Source: Camelus ferus (taxonomy: Eukaryota). From it: a stretch of 64,000 bases of DNA. The stretch is from assembly GCF_009834535.1 (NCBI RefSeq), contig NC_045696.1, positions 95,668,001-95,732,000 on the forward strand, read 5' to 3'. Position 1 is the first letter of the stretch; every line of letters starts with the position of its first letter. The notes under the pieces are model-generated. The model was not told the DNA's origin, made no database searches, and was given only the letters and a program-made list of their open reading frames with translations. Shown one piece after another: positions 54,203-64,000 of this stretch. Made by a program: the position numbers and the translations under genes.

Positions 54203-55109
54203 CTGCTCCCCCTTGGTCCCAAATTCAACCAATATTTTGGGAGGCGTTTCATGACCAATTTTGTCCCACAGTGCTAGGAAGGCTCATTCCTAGATCAGGT
54301 GAAGAATCTGTTGACATGCCACTCAAAGTGCTAGTTTTTGGATCAGTTCCTGTTGATACTAAAAATTCTCTGGATCACCTGTCTTAGTAGTCTGTTATGA
54401 TCCAAGAAATGTTTACCCCTCGTTGCTCATTCCCATACCTAGAATCACTATTACAATTATTCTATGCAGGGTTGTAAATTTTATCTTTATCCTCAAGATG
54501 TTTAGCCATCATCAGTCTTGTTGGAGGCCTAGTTACACATTGGGAAATGTAATAGACAACAGTTTTATAAAATAGACAGGATATAAGTAATACAGCTAAT
54601 AACATTATGAAATCACGAGTAAGGATTTAATAGTCGAGGAGTTACATTTTTGGGTTAAAATTTTGCTTGTGTTTCTGATTGAGCTTGAGTGATCTTATAA
54701 GAAAATTCATATTCACTGTCAGGCACAGAGCAGGTATTATTAATTGGCCAGGTGAGGTCTCCCACCTTGTAATGGCAATAGTGGCCTAAACAGAACTATA
54801 ATTTCTTTTTAGAATAAATTTTCTGAGGGCTATTGAGTTAGAGCCTTGGAGTAGGGAAGCCCACCAAGATAACACAGAAGTACTAGACATAGGTAGTTTA
54901 CCATAAACCTAACAATTGGATTAGTTCATAAGCAAAGGTATGAGCAGTTATCAAAGTAATTGGTATACAGGCCTGGTCCGGTGTCTTGGGTCAGCTGTCT
55001 ACCTCAGATGTCTTCTTCTTATCCTGGCCTGGTAGCTTTTTCTCCATTTGAGCATTGTTTTAAGGTGAGCAGTCCTCTATAGGTCAGTCCACTGCAGGGG
55101 CTTTTTGAC

Positions 55110-55350
55110 TGGAAACTAATCCAAAAGTCAGTTTCCTTTGGCTTTTGCTGTGTATGGTCTAGTTAAGAGTACCTGATAAAGGGTCCTTCCATTCAGGTTG
55201 GAGATTAATTCTTTGTCATGCCTGTTCCAGTATGTATAATCCCCTGGTTGCAGGTGATGGGGCATTGGACCTTCATCCAATTAAAGATACTGAGCTTCAG
55301 AAATAAACCTAGAGTGTCCTTTTAATAACTAAACTAAACTTTGCAGCAAT
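55110..55350 (-). pseudogene. Integrase C-terminal (GPY/F) remnant
   Basis: Minus-strand translation across frameshifts: HHLQPGDYTYW...LQPEWK(G)PYQVLLTRPYTAK. Confidence 0.7.
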
Positions 55351-58300
55351 GTAACATAACAGCAAGGAATGATCTGGGAAGTGTCTTAGTAAATATAGAC
55401 CTCAATTAACAAAACTAGAATTTAATATCCACTAAAATATAATCTTTTTCTCTCTAAAGTTACCCTCATTTTTATCAAATATAGCCAAATCAAGAATAAT
55501 TTGTTTACAAGTTAAGTCTGATTATTTGATCATATAGGCTCTTTTAAATTGGCTGTGTTGGAACTTTTAATAAGGAGTCTCAGGCTAGAATGTTAATAAG
55601 GATTTCTAAGGCCAGGAGAGCCATGTCAAGGGCTTGTCATAGATTTTTGCCTTATAGATTCAGGTAAATTGTTTTTAAGGTCCTTTAAATACCTTGAGAT
55701 TCCTATGCCTGTTAGGAGATGATCTTCCTAATTTATCTGATAGAGCCACTGGAGACCTAAAGAGTTTCCAGTCTCTGGAGGTATCAGATAGAGAGAAAAG
55801 ATAACTGTTCCAAGTCTGCTTACATAGGTATAATTCATCAAATTGCTGTGAGTCATAATTAGCTTAAGGAGAAGAGTTTCTTTATGTCTGGGAAACAGAT
55901 TAAAAGCCCATAATATTTCAGACAAAAAACTAGAACCATATTTATCAGCTTACTCAGTCCCATGTAACTAATCCTTTTGTTAACAGTTTTATGAAATCAG
56001 AGTTCCCATCAGACCTTTAAAATTTCTTACCCAGTTTAGTTCAGTGCTATAGTTTGAAATTTATTAGAAACCAGTAAATCTCCTTGAAGAGAAAGCAATT
56101 TTGCAAAATCATCAGAATAAAACAATAACTGTCTATAAATGACAAAAGATTTAAAAGCATGGTTAAACACTGTTACACTGTAATTGATAAAGAAACCTGA
56201 TCACAATAACCAGAATTATGACTGGTAACATTTTAGATATACCAGAATTTTAGGGATTCCATATAATTTCTAGATTATCTATATTAATATTTTTCATACA
56301 ATATAACCTAGGAAGATTTATTATTCATTTGACAATACTTCCCATGTTATTTAACATACCAAATGAAACTTACTAGTTTAAAATCTTTCTTTGGGATGTT
56401 TCAGGGGCCCTCTGTAGCATCCCAAAGTTAACTGGAGGTCAAAAGAACTTTAATCAGAAATTGATATTTGGGAAGCTTATTAAAAGGTATCAAAACATTT
56501 GATCAGATAAAGTATAGATCACTGTGAAATAGTACTTATTCATTAACAAGAAAATATTTCAAAGGTAAAGGCAGAACAGATCACTTAAGGGGTATAAGAA
56601 GCTTTACAGCCTGTTACTGAAGGCTGATTAACATTTCAAGAAAACTTTGTCTTCTTAAAAGAGAGAAAATCAAATCTAGTCTTGTACCGGCTTACTTTTA
56701 AGATTCATTTACTTTGACCAAATTTATTCTAAACTTAGCCAGTCCTGATCATGTACAAAAACTCTTTTCTCAGGGTTCCTTTTCCACAATTTTCTATACT
56801 CATATTATTTTGTCCCTTATTTTCTCTTTCATTCAGAAATAACCAGCTTCAGGACAAAGCTACTATTTTCCATTAACAAAATATAATTCCATTCCTTGTA
56901 TCTTCCTTTACACATTCATCTTACTTTCCTAGGATATTGAGATGCTTCCCTTAATAGGAGAGAATATTTCAGAGTGGCGCCAACCATTTATTAATATTTC
57001 TGAACACCTTTAGTTTCTCTGTAAGAGGAAGTTAAATGTTAAGTAATATTTCAATCTTATTTTATCTGAAAATGACATAGCTATTTAATAAACTCCCATC
57101 ATTTAACTTAATTTAGCACAACTCTAGAATTTAAAGATACCAAATATTTACAGAGATTATCTTAAGCATACATTTCTAAAAATAAAGAATTTACCCAAAA
57201 GCTCTCATCTCATTTGCATTTAACTTACTTAGAATTTTATCACACCACAGTACTATTATTTTTGACAAATCTGCAACAGATATAACAAATCTTATTTTAC
57301 TTTCATTAAACCTAGGTACAGTAAAGGTATTATACTTAATATTGATGACTCTAAAGATGCCTATATTAATTAAAACAGACTTCAACTAAACTTAATACCA
57401 AGCAAGTATTAACAATATTGAATGTTTTCCAGCTCACATGAACCTGAAACTCAATTTGGTCAGTTTTTATTTTAGAAATATTTAATTCGTAAGCTCTTAT
57501 TTTTAAGACAATTAAGCAGAGCTCTTTGATTTTGATTTTTTTTTAGCAGTAGAAATATCTCATATCTATAATGTGTACACAGACTTATAAACAGAGAAAA
57601 GCTATAGATCTCATAGCATCACTTTAAAACTTACTTATGAGTTAGGTATTACACCCCATAAATTTACTGCTTATAAATAACAGTTGGAGTAAGCTGAATT
57701 TGCTTGCTCAAATCACTAAGGCTTACTATTTATGAAAAAGACATATAAGATTTCTTGACAAAGTCTGAAGGACCCGTCAGAGTTCTGCGTTCTAAAACGC
57801 CAAAAATTTCTTTAGCCTTAAGTTTTACCTCGTTGAGCTAATTCGGCTCAGTCTGAGGTCACTGCTGTATTTACATTTCTGATCTGCAAGACAAAGACAG
57901 TTGCTTCCAGTTCCCCAAAGAACTGGTCTGTCACCTAGGCCCAATTGTATCTCCTTAATTTGCTTTTCTGTATCAGTGAGAAGAGATCTAAACAAAGAAT
58001 TCCATGTTTTAAAACTTTAAGGTTTACTTTATCATGTCTTCAGAAGATGGCATAAGGCATTTAGTAAAGTCTCTTTTCCTTGAGTTATAAGTTAAACCCA
58101 GGGTATATCTCTTATTATTATTTTTTATTAGCCTCTGAATATTAGTTTTTAGTTTTACTTTATATTGGATGGCTCAGGCAACTCTTGGTTTCCTTAGTTT
58201 GTTTAATATTTTCTGAGGGACAAATATGTGCCCAGGCTTATAATACCAAGAATGGGAAGTGGTTTTCCATTGAAATATATGTCCTACAACATATTTAAGC

Positions 58301-60387
58301 AAAAGAGGTTTATATAAAGCCCATTTAAATATACCAATTTTACAAGCTTTTATCTCAATTTTATTAACTCTTATGCATTTAATTTTAATACTTATTAGGT
58401 TTAATCAATAATTCTTATTTCTAGAAGGAGTGCCAGAAGCCTTTTTCTTTTATTTCTTGTCCACTTTATCTAATTTTATATAAAATTCTCTGGGATCCCC
58501 AAGTTTGAGCCAAAGGACTTAGGCCCTTGTCAGTTTTTAATTTGATTAAATGGTCTGTTGCCCCAATCATTGATCAAGTATCTCAGTCTCTATATATATA
58601 TTTTTCAGCCCTGTAAATATATACATTTTAAACTGGGGTAAATAAAGCGGACTTGTTTAAACTTTAATGTTGGGGACCGGTAGGTGATCTCTTTGGCCTT
58701 TTTTTTTTTTTTTAACTTTACGTAGTGTAGTATCAAAACCTTGTATCTTAATCCAAAATGTCCATTATATTTATCCCATTCAAAATAACCATCTAAAAAT
58801 ATTTATCGGTTTGGGATAAGTCCCTTAATATTTTTTTTCTCATTAAGAAAAAAATCTTTCGACATTTTTACATTCCTTTTTCCAGTTACTCAACCTAATT
58901 AACATTAAGTATTCTAATGTTTTTATTAGCATCTCTAAAACCCATTGAGGGGAAAGGGAAAACACAGATGTAGCTTTCCAAACTGGTCTTTCCCCCCTTT
59001 TAATACTAAGTTCTTAGGTTAACCACTAGATATATTTTTCCACCTTTAAACTTAATTGATTTTAATAGGCACCAATAAAACAGCTGTTTATAATGAGAGC
59101 TCTCTCAACTTTCACCAATTTAGAAGTTTCTCCAAATTAAAGGATCCATCATATGGCCATCAATTTTATATATATATATATATAGTGACTTTAAACCAGT
59201 AATATGAAGAGGATTTTCCACATGAGTGGGGAGTGTCGCCTAAATAAAGTTCAAAAGTTTACTCCCCAAAAGGTAAAGGCCTTTGTGGTCCAGGCTGATG
59301 CAACAATGGTTAAGATGGCAAAATGCCTGAGAATTGGTACAAAGGATTGTTGAGAATCCCAGTTTATTTGCTTGGCCGCCATATGTACACCATACTTGTA
59401 CGTTTTGGTTGGCAGAGTCCAAGTTTTCCTTTAAAAAAAGGAAACACATATATACATACATACACACACACAAGACGCCCAGAGAATGATAGAATATTTG
59501 TTTCAAGGACACAGGAAGAGAAATCCAAGTTCAGTTCCCTCTAAAGGGGCTTTTGTTTTTATAAGGTCAGAATTCCAAAAAATGTTTTTATCAGGCCTGG
59601 CTAGTTATTTTCAGAGTGAGTTTTTTTTTTTTTTAATTCCCAATTAAAGTTGTAAGTTTTGTACATACATAAACCTGGCTTGGGTATTATTTGGAGGCTG
59701 GCAATCTGTCATTTTTTTTTCTTTTGTTTTGAAAGTTCTATTCCCCGTTCTAAGGTCGGGTTGTCAGAATAAAATCGCTAGTAGGTTTTCCCGCAGGGAC
59801 AGCTGCACGACATGAGGTCTTTGCCGCTACCACTCCTGCAAGTTTCTCAGTCCCTTGAGAACACTGTTGCCAGTCAGGAGAAGGGTCCCATTTTTGGAGT
59901 TGAAAGGTTCCTCATAGGATTTTTACTTTTATCCTGACAAGTTCAATGGAGGTAGCCAAATTGAGGAAAGTGTTAGACCAGCCTCTTACCTAACCACTCA
60001 GTCCAGACCCCAGTATCTTTCAACGCCCCACCCGGGACGTCTCCACTGAGTGGGTATTTCCCTGGTATCTTTCAACCAGCACCACCTAGGACACCTCCTC
60101 AAGGTGCGTATTTCCTGGTATGTTTCAAAACACCAGGCCCCACCCAGCATGTCTCCACTGGGTGGGCATTTCCCCCCAGTATCTTTCAACTGGAGGGCCA
60201 AGTACCTGGATACACCACCAGATAAAACTCAGGATCATCAACCAACATGGAAGATCCGAGAACCAGGAGAGACTCACCCAAATTCATCTGGACTCCGCGA
60301 GGAGGTGGATGGGCACAGAGGGCCACTGCTGTTACCAAGGCTCTGGTTCCTCGTAGAGTTCAGGTGAAGGAGAGAAGTCTGCTCTGG

Positions 60388-60405
60388 GTTCCTTTGTGGT
60401 CACCA
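60388..60405 (-). promoter_or_regulatory. Primer binding site, tRNA-Arg type
   Basis: TGGTGACCACAAAGGAAC, 4 nt from the 5' LTR. It matches 15/18 to TGGCGACCACGAAGGGAC (recalled tRNA-Arg(CCG) 3' complement); two mismatches are CpG transitions. Confidence 0.8.
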
Positions 60406-60409
60406 AAAC

Positions 60410-60885
60410 TGTTGACTGAAATAAATGCACAGCCTAAAAGTTGAGAGTTAAGTTTTATTTGATGGGAGGACTCGAGCCGGGATGACAGCTTCTCAGATCA
60501 CTCTGAGGGACTGCTCTGAAGAGGAAGGGGAGGAGCTAGGATATGTAGAAGTTTTACAACAAAGACCAGGTAGTTGGAACATTAAAAGATTACTTGTTAA
60601 CTGAAGAAAACCAGGCATCTCAAGTTAAAGAATTTAGTGCTTTTCTCTGTAACGGAGGAAGCAAACATTTGGGCTCATTGAATTCATTCCTTTGACAAGC
60701 ACCTAGCTATCTAGGGCCAGTATCCTGTCCTTTCTTATTCTGAATCCCCTCAGGGTACACCACTGTGAGTGGCTGCAGAGGTTGGACTGCAGGCCTGTCC
60801 TCACTGGGGGTTGGTGGCAGCTGTTGATGACTTGATGGTTTCAGCATTCTTTGTTTATGATAAGGTTGCAGTATTTTCGTTCACA
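60410..60885 (-). mobile_element. 5' LTR of the provirus
   Basis: tgttgactgaaa...ttttcgttcaca, adjacent to the PBS. Confidence 0.92.
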
Positions 60886-62079
60886 ACACCCTAGGGTCCT
60901 TCCCTCCTTCCATTTTTGCATATCATGTCTCTCTTGATTAACCCTGGGCACAAGCCAACCAGCCTGCTTAGAGAGGACGTAAGTGCCCTTAGTCTAACTC
61001 TGGATCCCAAAATGATTGCATAACAGTCTATAACTAAGAGTAAGAGATCTCTGATTTGTTGATGAAATTAAATACCAAATGACATCTAAGAATTTCAGAC
61101 TGCCACTCTGTTGACATTAATGCTACGTAAACAAAGTTTTTTTTAGTAAAAGTTGCTCAAATGCCTCCTTGCTTGTTTTTCTTGATGTTTGAAAACATGA
61201 TTCTGACATATAAACTAGAAAGGAAAAAAAAAAAAGGAAGCAACATTTCTAAACAGTAAATAGACAAAGGATGCAGCACTTATTTTTTAAAAGTGAACCA
61301 TTCAATCAATCAAACAAAAGCGCAGATCTTGGAATTTCCTTCTCTAGACCAAATGGTTGCATATACATATCTGAATTCATAAAATTCCAAACTTAACCAA
61401 ATGTGCTATAGATTTCACCTATGTGTTCAACCATATCATTCTCCGTGGCTCCCCAAAATTATCTGGGAGAGGTGTATAAACATAATATGCTAAAAGGACC
61501 CCCATGGTTATTAGACAGTACAGTGATTTTCTCCCCATATGTAATTCCTATCCTCCTCTGTCTTCAGAAAGATGGGAAGTCACTCAAATGAAATGCCAGA
61601 ATAGTGTACTTAGTAGTCAGTGTGCTTCAGCTCCACCCAGAAACTTTATCTTATTTTTGACTATAGAGTTGCTCACTCAGTTTAAGGGTTGGCATAATAA
61701 GGTTTACATTTTCCTGCTTATCCAGATACAATCATGCTGAGTACAAATTGAAGATTCAGTGAGTAATAGGAAAGTTGGGCAAGTTCTGTCAGCTACCACA
61801 CTCATTTCTATTCCAGCAAACAAAACCTGTATTGAGCACTAACTTGGGAAATCCTTTAATGCTAATAAAATAGTCCATAGAAAATATATAGGATTCAAAA
61901 CCTTTGTTTTCAAGTAATTTAACAAAGAATAGGGGAAAACAAATGAACATATTTTTAAAAGGAGAGTATAGGAAAAATATAGTCATCTCTTCCTCTACAG
62001 AATTTACATTGTCTTGCAGAAAATAGAAATCTTACCAATTAAGTCTGATATTTTGAGAGAGGAATTATAGAAATAATGA

Positions 62080-62290
62080 CAAGAGTAATGATAACAGTAA
62101 TCGTGAACATTTATAAATCACTTACTCTGTGATCCAGGCTCTATGCTAGTCATTTACATATAAACCAGTTCAAACAATAAATCTATGAGATCAGTATTAT
62201 TGTTTTCCCATAAATGAGTAAAATGAGTTTTTAGAAGGTTAAAAAACTGGGCAAACGTCATATATCTTAAATACTGGAGCCAGAAAAATC
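62080..62290 (-). mobile_element. MIR SINE relic
   Basis: aacatttataaatcacttactctgtg...ctatgagatcagtattattgttttccc. Confidence 0.6.
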
Positions 62291-63239
62291 TAGGTAGCTA
62301 AGAATGTATATAGAAAACTTTTTTAATCTTTTTGAGTACCCCCCCACACAAGAATATTTGGAAACACAAAGAGAATAATAATAACAAACATCTCTACCTT
62401 GCCGAGATCCCTACATTGACACCTTAGTGTATTTCCTGCTGTATCTCTTTTCTATACACATATATCTTTTCTGCCTGAAACCTGCAGATAACCATTTCTT
62501 CAAGGAGCCTTGGTTTCCTTTAGCAGGGAATAAAAACAGAAAAAAACTGGCATGTATTCATTGATACTAGGCTACTTTAATGTACAGAGTTAGAAAATAC
62601 AGATTTTAAAGATTATATATATATGTGAGTTTATAGTGATTTTTAAATTTAACAGTACAGGATTGTTCCTTAATGTATTTATTTTTATAACTGCATATAG
62701 CTTTTTAAGTAAGCATTTTATTTTCATTTTACATTACTGAAGTATTCTTTCTTACTATAAAATTAGAAACCATTGATATGCAAAAAAGGGAAATAAAAAC
62801 TTTAAAGTACTCCATGGAGTATACTGCTTTTAAAGCAGCATACTAAGAGAACAGTTAACTTGGACAGGTATTTTTCATATTTTCTATGCATTCATTGTGT
62901 GTGTAGAAGCAATATAATAATAATATTAGTGTAGATTTTAGAAATTAATGCAACAAACCCGTAGTCACCCAGCAACCTGACTTGATGTTTCTACTTGTGC
63001 AAATTCTTGATTATGCTTGTTTGAACACCCAGTAATTTAGAATTTGCTTTACTCTCTTGTGGTGAGATTTTACTTCCAGTGATGATGTTTACTGTCCCTG
63101 AAATGGGTTGCATCTGTTTCAAATGTCATTGAACCTCCCTAGAAACTAAGTTTTTACCATTTCAGGAAGTCACTTGAGGTCTTTTTTTTTAAGGAACATG
63201 CCAGAAGTCTTGGTTTCTTCAGGTAAATAAACTTATCAG

Positions 63240-63390
63240 TAGCAATAATAATAATTATGGCTAACATTATTGATATAATATGGTTTTCTCATTTAATTCT
63301 CCTCACAAGTTTTGATGAATTGACACTCTACATATTAAAAGAGGAAACTGTTGCACAGAGAGGTTAATTAACTCACCAAAGCACATGGCT
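63240..63390 (-). mobile_element. MIR SINE relic
   Basis: ctcatttaattctcctcacaa...gaggaaactgttgcacagagaggttaattaact. Confidence 0.65.
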
Positions 63391-64000
63391 AATTATCTTG
63401 TTCTGTCATAATATTTTTTATTACTAATGAATAATCTACTTCTTAAATGTGGAATTACATGTTTGTGCACACTTACCCTGTATTCTCTTTAGAGCAGGAC
63501 AGCCTGGACTTGCATTACCACTCCTTAGCTGTGTATCTTTATTATTCTGAAAATTTTATTTGCTGATAATTATTTCACATTTGCTTTACATTGAAATTGT
63601 CTCAAAATATTAATAATAACTTACAATAAATAAAATCACCTAGAGATGATTTAAATTTCTTTACAGTACTTTCTACCTTAAATTCATCCACTTGATTCAA
63701 GTTCTCAATAAAATCATCAGAAATTCATTCTTTGTGTAACTTTACCAATATGATATATGGTTAGGTTCATTTGTTTCCATTTGTGTTCAATTTGTGGCAA
63801 TATATTACGTTTAAATTATTTTTATAATAGTTAGCAATATACTACAGTATCTCTGATATAAACCAGTTTCTATAGTCTTCTCTGTAATGTTATGGACTTC
63901 TACAGATTGTTTCCAAACCACACTGTCTTCTGGACACTGGTTAGTTTTGGCCAATAGTAAGCACTAACAGGAGACTGAAAGATGGGAAAGATGAAAAAGG

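Larger units (their letters stand above)
53728..60885 (-). mobile_element. Non-autonomous ERV1-class provirus (LTR-internal-LTR, ~7.2 kb)
   Basis: Two homologous LTRs; TSD ACAC at 53724-53727 and 60886-60889. PBS lies next to the right LTR and a polypurine tract (AAGGGGGAGCAG on -) next to the left LTR. No long gag/pol/env ORF. Confidence 0.92.

Noticed and set aside
54300..54900. Possible env TM remnant before the 3' LTR
   Set aside because: The position fits, but no clear immunosuppressive-domain or CX6CC motif could be read.
60008..60192. CRISPR-like repeat-spacer appearance
   Set aside because: Mammalian ERV leader; repeats are degenerate, spacers are related to each other, and there are no cas genes.
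60900..64000. AADAC 3' exon expected from human synteny upstream of SUCNR1
   Set aside because: No AADAC-like translation found; the gene presumably lies beyond the window.

Overview
AT-rich mammalian genomic DNA, probably camelid or another cetartiodactyl (inferred from the L1 3' ends and LTR types; no Alu, BovB/Bov-A or PRE-1 SINEs seen). The only intact protein-coding gene is SUCNR1 (GPR91, succinate receptor 1) on the minus strand. Its ATG ends exon 1 (8157-8155) and splices to a 990-nt coding exon (2115-1126), giving 330 aa. The remaining ~55 kb upstream is intergenic. It holds a CpG-rich ARHGAP8 processed pseudogene inside an L2 and a nearly complete young L1 with a very short, possibly spliced 5'UTR nested in an older L1. 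It also holds a 7.2-kb non-coding ERV1-type provirus (two LTRs, tRNA-Arg PBS, 4-bp TSD), four solo LTRs, and many L2/MIR/hAT relics. I found no evidence for a new biological system. The best leads are the octamer/STAT6/kB motif cluster at the SUCNR1 promoter, the status of the L2-derived 'exon 2', an apparent LTR gene-conversion tract, the putative spliced L1 and the CpG-retaining retrocopy. Family names come from recalled consensus sequences, not database searches.
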